A DNA stretch of 63,991 nt, counting the filler, from Trypethelium eluteriae (taxonomy: Eukaryota), in the NCBI GenBank assembly GCA_051942245.1. It is 3 parts of 3 records of this genome, joined end to end, with 100 filler letters (N's around TTAATTAATTAA, not from the genome) between each part and the next. Parts side by side here need not be neighbours in the genome. Positions count along the whole stretch, not along the records: positions 1 to 23,460 come from JAVECL010000418.1; 2 more parts are not named here. One strand, written 5' to 3'. Position 1 is the first letter of the stretch. Every line of letters starts with the position of its first letter. The translations under genes were made by a program, and so were the position numbers. Below, piece by piece: positions 1-12,393 of this stretch. The notes under the pieces were generated by a model. The model saw only the letters and a list, made by a program, of their open reading frames with translations. It ran no database searches and was not told the DNA's origin.

Positions 1-472
1 CCTCGCCGCCCGCCTCGACGAGCTGCTGCTCAGCCCGCCCTCCGACACGAACGCCGCGCTGCTCGAGCTGCGCGGGCATGTCGCCGTCTGGATCGGGGAT
101 TTGCTCGTTGACTCTGTGACGCCGGCTGAGCCGCCACCGCTGTCTCCGTCTTCAGAAGATGAAGAGGAAGCTTCTGACGGCGCGGATAGCGATGGCGGAG
201 ACGTAGGAGAAGAAGAAGAGGATGAGGCGGAGTTGGAGTTGCGCGATCCGGAGACGGTGGAGGCGAGGAGGGAGGCGAGAAGGGAGGCTAGGGAGGAGGT
301 GGAGGTGGCGAGGGAGTCCTTTTTGAGGGCGAGGGAGGCGGGGGCGTGGTTGGCTGCGAGCGCGTTGGAGGTGCTGAGGAGGCCGTACCTGGGTGGGAGA
401 GGTGCGCAGGGGAGTAGTCAGGGGAGTGAGGATGGAGGAACTGTCAGTCAGGACGTAGACATGGACGGGTAG
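1..472 (+). CDS. 3' end of a gene truncated by the window start; possibly an RNA polymerase I initiation factor Rrn11-like protein
   Basis: Frame open from base 2 (LAARLDELLLSPPSDTNAALLELRGHVAVWIGDL...) through an acidic tract to TAG at 470-472. The family assignment is from memory only. Confidence 0.45.
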   Translation, partial: LAARLDELLLSPPSDTNAALLELRGHVAVWIGDLLVDSVTPAEPPPLSPSSEDEEEASDGADSDGGDVGEEEEDEAELELRDPETVEARREARREAREEVEVARESFLRAREAGAWLAASALEVLRRPYLGGRGAQGSSQGSEDGGTVSQDVDMDG

Positions 473-1502
473 GTGCAAAGGAAGTGTAGAGTGTAAGTTT
501 GATTCTGTGATACCCAATCGTAGTCTGTCTCCCATGAGGGTGCGTCAGTAGTCAGTTAAGTCTTGGTGAGTCTCGATGTGAGGTGATGTAAGATATGCGC
601 TCGGTAAGCTGAGAAATCCCTCTGTCTTTTGTCGTAAATCATGAGACTAGTAATACAGAGTCGAATATATACACGCATCATCTGGCCGAAAGCTGGCTGT
701 ACGGGGGGAGGAGCGCGCACGCATCTGTTACCTGTGGAAGTGACGTAAAAAGAGAAGAGGGGAAAAGATGCGTACATGAATCGAAATGAAAAGAGAGACA
801 AGCAGAAACGTATCGATGTACATGGAAACTGGCAGAGTGTACCATAATTTAGGTCCGCCCAAGAAAGCTTTTGTATCCCGAGAAAGCATATCAAAAGGTT
901 GTAAGCTTGAGTACGATGAGCCACGGGAAGTTGAAAATGATTGTACCAAAAAGGTGAAGTTCCGGTATATGCAGAGAAAGCGCTCAAGTCAGGCCAGCCC
1001 AAAGAGTTGAGAAGACTGAATGGCAAAAATCGCTCCGACCCTGTATCATGCGTCAAGACAGACTTGGAAGCCTTTTCCTGGGTATCTTGCAAATCTAACG
1101 GCTGTGTTCAATCCCGTAGCTCCAATGCGCCATTTCTTTTTTAATTTCCTCACATGTGCCAATACCCTTGGTTTCAGAGGATGTTTGTCCATCCTAGGTG
1201 TGCGTAGTTGTATAAATGTTGCTGTTGATGTATGTGATTTCGTAGCCGGTGACCGGAATGCGGATGTTCCTTGCGATGGTGCAGCGAGTTTGAACGGTTC
1301 GGGTGAGTGAGCCGTTCGTGCTTGCGACATCAGCTGGCATGGTGGTCTCGTTCCTGTTTCACCGAAAAAGCCTCGTCCACGGGAGTGACGGGGACGGGAG
1401 ACAGGGTAACAGGGTTCGGCACCCTCACACGGAGGTAGCTCCGTCCCCACCAACTCCACTACGTCCTGTCACCACAGTTCAGTACCACAGTGCCGCCCAA
1501 CC

Positions 1503-4033
1503 CTAGCTCCCCCACCCAGGCTGCGCCCTAGCCGCTTCCTGCAAAAATCGAGGTGGACTGTCTTCACTCGTAGTCGTCTGATCGTCCAGTACCATTTGTT
1601 GCATGCTCGTCTCGTCCAGCGCCGCCAACGCCTGCCAGGTTGTTGTGCCCTGGTCACCTTGTTCTGATGATGATGATGCTGCGTTGCCAACTTGCTCGGG
1701 ATCTTCAAGATCGAAGGACGAGAAAATGCCGTTGATATCCTGGACATCTCGGCTGAATTGGTCTTGCGGCGCGCTCATGCGCGCTTGGACAAAGTCTCGA
1801 GTGGCACGGAGAATTGGCGGACGGCCTTCGTCATTTGGAAGCCACCAATTTCGCACGTCCACGCCCCAGAGGCGGGACATTCGACGGCGAAGGGTCAATG
1901 GGAAGATGTACCTATGACATTGTTAGCAAGGAAATCCAACCTCCTTTCAGTTAGATATGCAAAGAATCAAATGAATGTCGCTACTAGTCGACACTTCTGA
2001 GCCCAACATTGTCACGTACCCTTTAGCTTCGACACTGACAAATTTGCGTCTTAACCACATTACAGTCCTCTCATCTTTTGGTAGAAATAAGCATGTAATT
2101 GCAAAGGCTTGATGCATTGCCAAGGGTGCGCCAGGTCTGCTCTCTGGAGATAGCTCAATGGCTTCGAACATTTGCGCTGCTTTGACTGCCTCTTCCCTAC
2201 AGTCGAGAGGTGTCGGCTTGCCTTGGAACTGGGCGAGCTTGTGCTTGAACATGACCTTAAGCGCACACATATCCATAATCGCAAAGTTCATCGGATAGAA
2301 ATCGCCCGTAAAGAGGAGGCGTGTGGTCCTCGGGTCGAGAATGGAATCTTGTGGTCGCGGCAACCATCTCAAAGAATCCGTAGCGACATTTTGTGGTCCT
2401 ATCGAAGCCGGAGTCCATGATTCTTCAAGCTGCTTGATGCGACGTCTGAGAGAGGAGCATTCAGCCCAGAACTCCTGCTCACTTTGCGAGACAGGGCGCT
2501 TTTTCGACCTCGTTCGTTTCGCGAACAGGATTGCGAGATCAGCAGCAAGAAGTCGATGGTGATTCATGGCCTCTTCGATCTTGGCTGACACGCTCGAAGG
2601 GTTCTGTTCCTTTCGTTCTAAAGATTTCTCATGACAGGTAGCAATCCATTCTCTTTCAAGTATTACTCCATTCCCAGACAAAAACCCGACGCTTATATCA
2701 AATCGAAAATACCAGATGAAAATCATTCGTAATGTCGGTGTCTCCTGAATGCTCTCTGGGGTGTAGAGAGCCTTTAATATTGTTAGAGCTGCTTTTTGAT
2801 GACCAATGAGATTCAGCCAGTCTCCCAAATACTCCTTTATGCGAATCAGCAAATAGAAAAGTCACAACACATGGGGACGGAGACAGACCTCGAACGTAGC
2901 CAGTTGCAAGATGGTGAGCAAGGTCGCCTCTGTGTGCTTCTCGTTCTCTCGAAGTGATATCCTTAGCAGAGAAACCGAAATATGGTACAATTGGAGAAAA
3001 TCCGCCAGCTTCCCATGAGGGTTGCTCAACGTATAATGGTAGGCGGCAAAGCCAGCAATGGCGTAAAGCAGAGGGTCGTAGTTGGACGCGACCTGAAGAA
3101 ATTCAGTGTGCAGGAACTCTGTTCCATCGAGCCTCCAACCGTAGTGGTGACAGGTGATGTTTTTTCGATAGAATTCAAGAAAAAAGTCCAGCTCCTTGAC
3201 GGAAATGCCAAGTCTTTGATCGACGGAGCCAAAATGTTGGGGCCGTCGACTAGGACCAAAAATGCCCTTCTTCGACCGCGCACTTTCATAGGTGGCGGAT
3301 AATGAGCCTTCCGTAGAAGGCGATGTGCTCTTGTCAAAACTAAGTGAAGGTGGGTCCGACGTCTCTCGTTGAATGCCTTCGAGTCTTAATGAGTGGGGCG
3401 CCCCTGTAGAAGACGCAGAGGCCGGCTCAGCTTCATCGTCTTCGTCTTCATCCGCATCCGGGATCGCCTGGAGTTGATCTTTGTCCTCGCTCTCGTACGC
3501 TTCGGATGGGGATTCACTATCGCGAGCCACAGCCTTGGATTTGATAGAATTGCGAGAGGCCTTCTGCGTCTTAGATTTACTTGGATAGTTACATTCTCTG
3601 TTTCCTTTTCGACATCCTGCAATTCATCAAGCATCAGTCAAGATCACGGTATGCTTAGACACAGGCAAAGATCATACGTTCGCAGATTGGATGTTTCTCA
3701 TCACACTTCAATCTCGTTAGCAGTCAGGATCCAGAACGTGGGATGCATCTACTGCACCTTCACTCTGCGGTTTCTGCAAGTATAACATCCACTCCTCGTT
3801 CGTCTATGCTTGACAGGTTCTTGAACGTTTTGAGCTTTGCGACGATCTCGATTCGAACTTGTACCGGGCATGCCAGGGTTGAGAGATCCATCGAAAGAAA
3901 AGGTACCGAGGTCTTCGACAGGAGGTGATGTGAAATGCGGCAAGGCTTGTTGGAAGTGGTCTTGATGAGTAGGAAATTTTGAAGGACGAAAGAAAGGATT
4001 GAAGTTGGGAAAAGGGCCAAGACGGCCAGCCAT
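1503..4033 (-). CDS. Zn(II)2Cys6 (C6 finger) transcription factor with fungal TF C-terminal domain, multi-exon
   Basis: The spliced cluster reads KHRRTRSGCYTCRNRRVK|CDEKHPICER|CRKGNRECNYP (introns 3757-3706 and 3677-3617). Downstream exons correspond to ORFs 2862-3530, 1947-2852 and 1503-1898 (LQLATFE|EYLGDWLNLIGHQKAA). The true start may lie further upstream (about 4900). Confidence 0.9.
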
Positions 4034-7000
4034 AATTACAACGAAATGTGCCAGTCAGGCAGGTGAAAAGCTGAGCGATAGGATGAAGGAGAGAGCAGCA
4101 GAAATCGGTAGATGCCCCGCAAAGGTGGGCAGCCTTGAGGGTGAGCACCCAGTAGGTGAAAGGGCTGGCAAACAATAGACCGGCCGCGGTAGAAGATATG
4201 ATACAGGATGAAGAGGAAAAGATAAGATGGGAGTCCATGCTTTGAGATACGAAAGCGCAGATGTTCGAACCTAAAACGGCCTCAACTACTCAGCTCAGTT
4301 AGCTTTTTTAGGATTCACGTCCGGAGAAGGGATGGAAGTGAGGACCAAATCGGGTTGGCCACTCGATGGGACCGCTGCGGAAGGCTGCCGACGGGGTTGA
4401 GAGCACACCCGCTGGCAAGCAACGGCCAAGGTGGGTCTCGAGGGGTGCCACGGCTTGATGAGACTATGACCTGACTACCTAGTCCACCCCCGGGTCCAAA
4501 AAAGGGTTTGAGGGTTATGCCGGGGAAGATCTGACGGGGGGGTGGTGGGCATGGGACGAATGGTACGGCAGAAGCTGCACGCTCTTCAGCTTTGACAACT
4601 GGTCGGCTCGGTGGGCAGAGACGAGCGTCTGGGTTGGCAACAGGTGCATTTGGCCCAATGCAGCAGCGGTAGATACATGACCGCGAGACGGATCGTAGAT
4701 GCAGGGCTGCAGCCCGTTTGTCGAAGGGCCTGCCGTGACGTACTGTTGCGTACTGTTGCGTACGTCTCCGGGATGCTCTCCTCCACTGGGATGGCCCTGT
4801 TGCACGCCCGCTCAGCTGGTCAGTGCCGTGCCTGGGGCATGTGCCAATCCGCCTTATCCCAGACGTCAATCCAGATGCACACACAGAGCGTAGTGTCCAT
4901 GCCATCCTGGGCTGATGAGCGTTACCACCGACAGACGGTCAGCAAATCTCGAACGGTCCAAGGCCATGTGGCTCGTACGACCTCGACGACAACCCAGGGC
5001 AAGCGCCAAGCGCCGACTCGGATTAGGAGCTCGTATGGCGCTGGCCTCGAGGCATAGCGGACGGGGGTAAACGTCCAATGTCTGGTGGCTCTGACCAGAC
5101 ACGGCGGCAGTTCTGGCTGTCTGGTTACCCGGCTTCCGCACCACGGGAGAAGGCCCCAGGAACACCAGCAGCTTTCCGAATATTGATGTGGGCGAGACGC
5201 AGTTGCAGGCTCCCCGAAGCAGCGTCGCTCGCCTTGGGTACAGCGTGACTGGACCAGGGCCGAGTGAGCGGCTCAAGCTGCTCGGCCCGCCACGATTTTC
5301 AGGGTGCTCCAATCGGTAGACGAGCATTGCTTGTCGCACTCTAATTAACCACAACGATCAGGACTGCAGTAGAAGGTTTGCATGCGTCGCGCGCTCATTG
5401 CGACGGATTTAGACAGTGATGAATATTCAGATCCAGTACGCATTGGAGACGAGAGGAGGCGTCTGGCTGGAATCAGCCCAGCCAGGATCCACCCTCCTCC
5501 GGGACTGCCTGCTATCGTGTGCTGCCACAGACCTGAGTATTGTTCTGGTCGCATTCATACAGCTCTGTATCAAGCTTTGTCTGAAGTAATCCGCTATCAC
5601 ATCTGTCCCATCTCTCCCATCGCTTCCACCGCTCTTGTCCAACATGATGGCATCGGCGGGCGTTCTGGACGCAGAGGCGCACGTGATTCATCTACTCCCG
5701 TCCACTCGTAGGTGATTTGTCAATCAACCGGATAATTGAAATTGCGAGTAATGAATCACCAGGAACCAGGATTCCATCCATGATCCGGGTAGATCATCTT
5801 CTATTGAACGCAGACATATATTGATTCCATTTCTGCGTCGTCCTTGGATGAAGTTCTATTTGTAGCAGCACGCTGCAGCCAGAGGACAACAGCTGATTCG
5901 AAGAGTGAAAGTAGCTAGACGACTAGAGGCCATGCACGCAACTGCTGACAGCAGCTAGAGATCCATAGCGGGAAGTGCCTGTGAATAATCTGCTAGTCCT
6001 CACTCTCTGCAGCCCACTACAGGCGCAGAGCATGATCAATCGATTGTCTCACTCTTGCATCGTAGCCAGCGGACAAGGCGCCGACTCGGCCGAGAGCTGT
6101 GGTTGGTGCGAATCCCTCTTTGCACTGGGCGATTCGCAAGCCATGAACTGATGAGAGCGTTGGCCTGCACTACACAAAAATTTCTCTCTCGTTGCGCCCC
6201 CCGGCATACGATCCATAGCAGACGATGTTGCTCCCTAACCTCAGCATCACCGATTCGGTCAATGCGCCGTGAATGCCCAGTGCGCTGCAGATCTGCCACG
6301 CTGCTTCTGGGAAGCCACTTTAGTTCAAGTACACCAGATGGCACCTAACGACGCATGACTGAGAGCATGACCACATAAGATACCTCATGCTTTGCCAACT
6401 GAGACAGGGGAACGGTGAGCAATTCAAGGCATGAGTGCTTGGCGCTTCAGCCGTTGATTGAAGCTCGAAGATGTGCTTGCCCGTTGTTTGGTAGCAATTT
6501 CCAAACTATCTCAGCCATGTCATTAGCTGTCTTTTTCCAAGCATCCCCTGTCCCGTCAGGCTGGGTTAGGCACGGCCACGTGTGTTGCAAGCTCCTTCCC
6601 TGTAATGATGCGGCGGTATTTCTAACGGTCTCCGCTCCACCGCGCCATGTGCTCAGAGTACTTATTCATGAGGCGATCACTATATCCAAGAGCCAATTTT
6701 CCCGAATCATGCGGCATGCTATAGATCCGTTCACTCTGTCTGACGATGGATCGGATGCTGGGACATGGCCGTCAAACTCGTGCAGGGAGTCTGAGGTCGA
6801 CGGATTCGACAGGCAGAGTCTATAGCCGGAACCGCCAACCCCACCGTTCTTACACGCGCCACAGCACGCCTTTCTCCGCAACTGCGTCAGGGGCAAGCGA
6901 CCACAACGGAAATTTTCCAGGGTGTCTCATTGTGAATCTGGCAATGCTTCCCGCTGAGCGTGACGCGCATGTAGTGATGACTTCGACCGTCTTGATTGTC

Positions 7001-10000
7001 AATCTTCCTCTGTCAGGGCAGGGTCGATCGAAGCCCTAAGTGCATGCATTAGGTCGCGAGCACCGCGTCGGTAAATGGCCAGGCTCGTCCGGGATCGTCA
7101 CTGTAGAAGGGAGACGGCGTGTCAGGAAGTCTGCTCTCCTAGTGCCTCGCTGCACGTGGCTAACTCGAAGCAGCCGTCAGTGAAGCGGTCCGCGCGTCAA
7201 CTGCGTGCGGCGCCGTAACTAGTCACATCGCCGCCCCAGAGAGGAAGAGCTCACTCGGGCGACTCAGGTATCCTCCCATTCTCGCCCCTACAGAGCCGCG
7301 CATCCAATCGCACCGCTGCCTCGTTGCCACCGGCCGGGCTCTGCACCAGCGTACCTGTAGTCGACATGCTTGGACAATTGGTGAGTCTGTGCGTGGCGGA
7401 AACAGCGCCTCTTGTCTTTTTGCTGCCCAATCTTGCAGACCTATCCTGGTGCAATCGACCTGAGAAAAGAGAAAATTGCCCCATGGTACTCTGTACAGGT
7501 AGGCTTCACTACTGGCGGTGTGCACCGTATACCGGCGCTATCATGTACGACGGACTCGCGACTCCGTACCTTCATCTTCCTTGACATCCCGGATAACAAG
7601 GGAAAACAACATGGGCCGAGGTGGGCCGAACAGTTTGCCAAAAGTCAAGGTGCAGCATCCTGCCTGCGGCCCAAATGTCGGCCTCCCGAACCCAACAGCA
7701 GTATCCAGCGAACGTAAGGGGTCCCTAGGCAATCCCATGGCTCTCTGCAATTTGCCAAACCTGCCGGAATTTCTTTTCTGATTCCTTATCGTACTGTCAT
7801 GGTCTGCGAGGGATGATCTCCCGTAGAGAAACACACCAATGATGCAGCAAGAGTTGAAATCGCGGTGAGTTGGTTGCTGCTTTTTCTTTTGCCATCACCC
7901 GACGCAGATGGAAAAAAGCTGTTTTTGCCCCCGCTTAGCCATCCCAGATCCTCAGCAACTAACATCAGCTCGCAAATGAAAGCGTCGGTTGGAGTGTTGG
8001 CCAGCCCTACACTCGAGTTCTTCATCTAGATGAAGATACGTATGCATGCATTAGGTGTTCCCACCTGGGTGCTGTCAAATCATCTTGCTGCAAGCACAAC
8101 CACCAACGGCCCAGTACCCAGTTTCGCGTGCTACAGGCGCCACCTGACTCGACCAGCTCCCGTTAGCCCACGGGTGCAAGGCCGGCGCTGTCTGCCCATG
8201 CATAAGCTCAAACGTTGCGCAGCGGGTATGGGATCCAAGACATGCTTAGCCCTATTCACTACTCCAGACTAGAGTCGATCCTTCACGACAGCTCTGTATT
8301 GGTCCGCGAGTTAAGCTTCAAATAGACGATCGATCGGCGCCACTACACATGAAAAATTCTCCTCTGTCTGTATTCAATTTCCACAATGAGCATTACTAAA
8401 TGAATTTAAATATGCCGTCATGTGTAACCGCTTCTCGAAATTTCAATCATTAATTTCACCCTGCAACTTGCTACTCCTGACTCCGTAGCTAATCAGAGAG
8501 TATTACGTCTAATTCGGGCTATCCTCAACACGGAAAAGGGAAACTGCGTGCACGTTGTGAAAGCAGTTGAATGAACCGAAATTGTGATCAGAACCACAGG
8601 GTCGCCGCCTGTGCCTTGCTTCTTCTTTCTCGCTCTCTTCTTTGTTTGATTATGGAGTTTACCGTCCTTCATTGCATGGGACAATTTTTGACTCGGAAAA
8701 GGGAAGAGCCCCGTCTTATAGGCTTACCACAAAAATAGAAACTGCTGTCAATGATCTCGTATAGCACATTTCTGTTCTTAAAAGACATATTATCACTCAG
8801 CTTTTATCAGTCACTTTATCGTCAAGTTCATGTCATGCTCTTGATAAAGTCTGTTCGATACAGCTTACGAACTGTGAATAAATTTCCTTGAAGAAGGTGC
8901 GCCTGTCACTGAGCGTCCACTAACAACGCATTCATGTTTCAGTGCACGAAGAGCGGGAGTCCAGTCCAGACACCCGTCGTGTCTCTCGGCCGGTAAGCTC
9001 GTTCATCATGAAGACCCTGGAAATTTCGTAGCCAAGCAACACTCGTGAGCCGTCCCCTATCCTGAACCAAGCTTCTATGCTGTCCGAGGCCATCGAAGGG
9101 AAATTCCGGCGCCACCAAGCAAGGATCAAATAGCTGCCCTATCCTTCTCATAACTAGTCCACCTAGACCCTTACCTATGGGTAGTGCCATCTCACGACGA
9201 AAACTTTGACGACAGCAAAGCAATTATCAGAAGGATCTCCGTCCAAATAATCTCGCTCCAATAGACAGGTCAAAAGATCACCAAGCTCGTCCACGCGGCC
9301 TGAGACGTCACGCAAGCCTTCAGGGTCCCATGAACAGTGCTTCGCATTAGGTAAAAGAATTGAGCACTGTCATCAATCGGATGGAAATGCTATACAACCG
9401 AGCATAGTACGTGCAGCTGCGTAGGCTCAATACCGGGATGCATGAAAAGATTACTGGATCTTGATGGACGGCTTTGATTTTCGAAGAGAAGGAGCATTCG
9501 AAACCGAAATACAGCCTACCGGTGCTACCCTTGATAGTGCAGCCCTCAAGGTGACCATTCGGACTGGTGACCTGTGCGGGGCCGATTTGCATTTCCATCT
9601 GGATGGAGGCGCTATGCAGTTTAAGCAGGGGCGGCAACTCGTGCTCTAATCAACACATGTTGTGCGCCAAGATCTTATCTACTGTCTGCTAGAAAGTCGA
9701 AATGCAGCCTACACAAGCTGCGTATGATCTGCGACGCGAGAGGTGGACAATCGATGTGAGACGGGAACTCCTGAAACAATCTTCCGAATTGTGATAACAA
9801 ATCCAATCGGCTTACCGAACATGAAAAGGCCCTGAAGGTAGGAGAGGTTTTCGTTGGTGGTTGGGTCGGATGATCGACGTCCTCGATAGCCCTGCCACCA
9901 CCGCAGTCATCAGTATTGCGTCATGTTCCCTGTTATGATCTGCAGCTCGGTTTATGTTTGCCTCTTGAAGTCTTCTGCGTACTCTATACTTCATATCAGC

Positions 10001-10884
10001 AGCAGCTTTCTTCTGCTGTAATTAATGTATGTTGGCACGACATCGAAAATCCGTTGCGACCCGCAGATGCTACTTTGAAATTCCATGTGTCACCGTGATC
10101 CACTCCCATACATTCGGGATAGCCGAGATCTCCATAATCTCAAATGGTTCCATTTGAGATGCGCCGTGCTTAGCATGTTCCAATCAATTTGCTCGGACGA
10201 GGACCCCAATTGTGGCATTAAACAACTCCAAAGGAATCGGACAGGACGCAGGCTGCTGAGTCATGAGACTGCAAACTGGCGGGTGCGAGATCCGACCACA
10301 GCCACACCGTTTCAGCAGACGTTCAAAAAGCTCTGAACTCCGAACTAGAATCCCAAAATCCAAGAAGTAGCGCTGTTTCAGCGTTTCGAGCTGCAGTTCG
10401 CACAGACGACATCATCGGTGTCGAGACTTGCCTCGGTTGCACGCAGAAGAGTGGAGCCTCATCTCAACTTACAAGTCTAGATACTCTCTAGAACTATGCA
10501 TCGGATCTGGTGGCATCCGCCTTCGGTACACCAGAGCTGTCTTGCCCAGGAGGACTCCTCCGTCTTCAGAAACCTCTCTCCTGCCTCCAGGACGCCTTGC
10601 GGCCATCTCCATTTCCAGACCATGCGCGTCTCAATTAGGTGTCGATTATACTGCAGCACTGTGACCACACTGCTTTCCCACCAACCCGGATCTTTGATGC
10701 CATAATAAATCTCGGGCACGTTAGCGCGACAAGATCTCATCTACCATTGTCACTTCGCCCGGTCTGAAGGCGATAGAGAAAGAAAGTTCGCTTTCTCTGG
10801 CTGTCTCAGATATCGTACAGAGACAGCCATAGCACCTACCAAAACACGATGAGTCCAGCGTTCCAGACCCAGCAGCCCACCAGC

Positions 10885-11532
10885 TCATTCCCTATCCTCT
10901 TCTTCCACAAACTCCCTCGCCTGCTTCTCTGCAAGCGCCCTCGCAGTCGCATTTCTTGTCTCACCACCAACACCTACCTCCCTCGCATTCTCCTCCTCTT
11001 CCTCCGGGATCCAATGCCTCAGCACCTTCTCCACGTATTTCCGCGGCACGCCTTCCTTCAGCGCATCCGCAATCCCCATATTCATGCGGTGCACATATTC
11101 CTCCTTCGGCTTGAAGTCTCCCGATGTCAGCGTCCGATTGATGTACACCAGCATCTTCCTCGTTTCTGGCTTCTTCCTGATATTCAATGCCTTCCCTTCC
11201 TCTCCCTTCTCCCAAAACTCCACTTCGATCATCTCCTTTGTATACGTTTTCGGCACGCCCTCATTTTTATCCAGCTGTGCCTCGTCTTTCTTATCCAACG
11301 TGTACACGAGGCCCCACACTACGTCTTTCTCATTGTCGGCGTTGGAGGATGAGGAGGAGGTGGTGATTTCGACGACATTAGCATAGCCGCGTTTGTTGAT
11401 GATCCAGTGGTAATTCTTAAGACGGGCGAGGCCGAGGTAGGAGCTCGAGGGGCATCGGTGACGCATTTGGTCGCGCCATAAGTTGGAGCCATAGCCAAAG
11501 TAAGGGGTTGGTTGCCGGCTGGAGGAAGGCAT
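10885..11532 (-). CDS. Gamma-glutamylcyclotransferase (GGCT/AIG2-like) family protein
   Basis: YFGYGSNL motif, RCP...G.A.L, GYANVV, VWGLVY.L...DE..LD..EG; intronless 215-aa ORF. Confidence 0.85.
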   Translation of the reverse strand: MPSSSRQPTPYFGYGSNLWRDQMRHRCPSSSYLGLARLKNYHWIINKRGYANVVEITTSSSSSNADNEKDVVWGLVYTLDKKDEAQLDKNEGVPKTYTKEMIEVEFWEKGEEGKALNIRKKPETRKMLVYINRTLTSGDFKPKEEYVHRMNMGIADALKEGVPRKYVEKVLRHWIPEEEEENAREVGVGGETRNATARALAEKQAREFVEEEDRE

Positions 11533-12393
11533 GGTTGCGTAAGAAGCGAAGAGATAGGACGAGAGGCCGTATGCAGATGTAATTTGGTGGCCTATATGTT
11601 GACTTCAATGCCTGTGGTGAGCGGTTGCGCTTGGCGCATTTGGTAGAATTGTTGACTTTGGTCGTGGAAGTGGCATGCGTCTACCAATATTTATGAGGGA
11701 TGCTCTGCCAGATGACAAGGATCGTTGTGCGAAAGGTTGCGCAATTGTCAGTCAGAAGGTGCTTGTAAATAATCATATTCAAGGCAGAGCTCTGGCAACT
11801 CGATGAAAATATTGTGCGACATCGGTATTCAGCGGTCCAGAGCCTGGTGTAACGTCGTGATCAGTATTAAAAAATCCGCAAGCATGCTGAGATCTACGCC
11901 TATAGCATTTCCGCAGCCGAGAGCCTGGGTTGTCTAAATTAGAAATATAGTAGTAGAGAATGGATCAAAGGTAGAAACGTAAGGAACAAAATGTCCATTG
12001 TGTTGTTTGCAAATTGGTCATACTTGAGCTTCCAAGGCCTGGAGAGGCAAAATGTTACGAATCCCCTTGTTCGCAAATAGAACGCTGATAATAAGCATCA
12101 AAAATAGGAAATGTTGTGTATCATGATTCGTTGATATTGACCTATCCACAATCGTATTATCTGATGCTGTTGCTGGTCATGTCGCAAATTATGGTAACTT
12201 TGCTTCGATTCACTTTTTTCGTATGGTCTATCTGAACCCTCACTATCTTCTTGTCTGAATTCATAACTTTTCCTTTCGACCTTTCAACAATCCAATAGAA
12301 GATTTGATGGTGAGACCTCTGAGAAGATCTCCAGCATCAAGAACGCACACAGGCTCAACCTCAGAAACCACCACAGTTCTTCCTTGTCGCTCT

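Noticed and set aside
8343..8428. 9-bp inverted repeat (tacacatga...tcatgtgta) around an AT-rich stretch
   Set aside because: Complementarity does not extend convincingly and no second copy was seen in the window.
10775..10829. Two small adjacent hairpins (8-bp and 10-bp stems) downstream of GGCT
   Set aside because: Stems this short are expected by chance in 64 kb, and intrinsic terminators are not used by RNA polymerase II genes.
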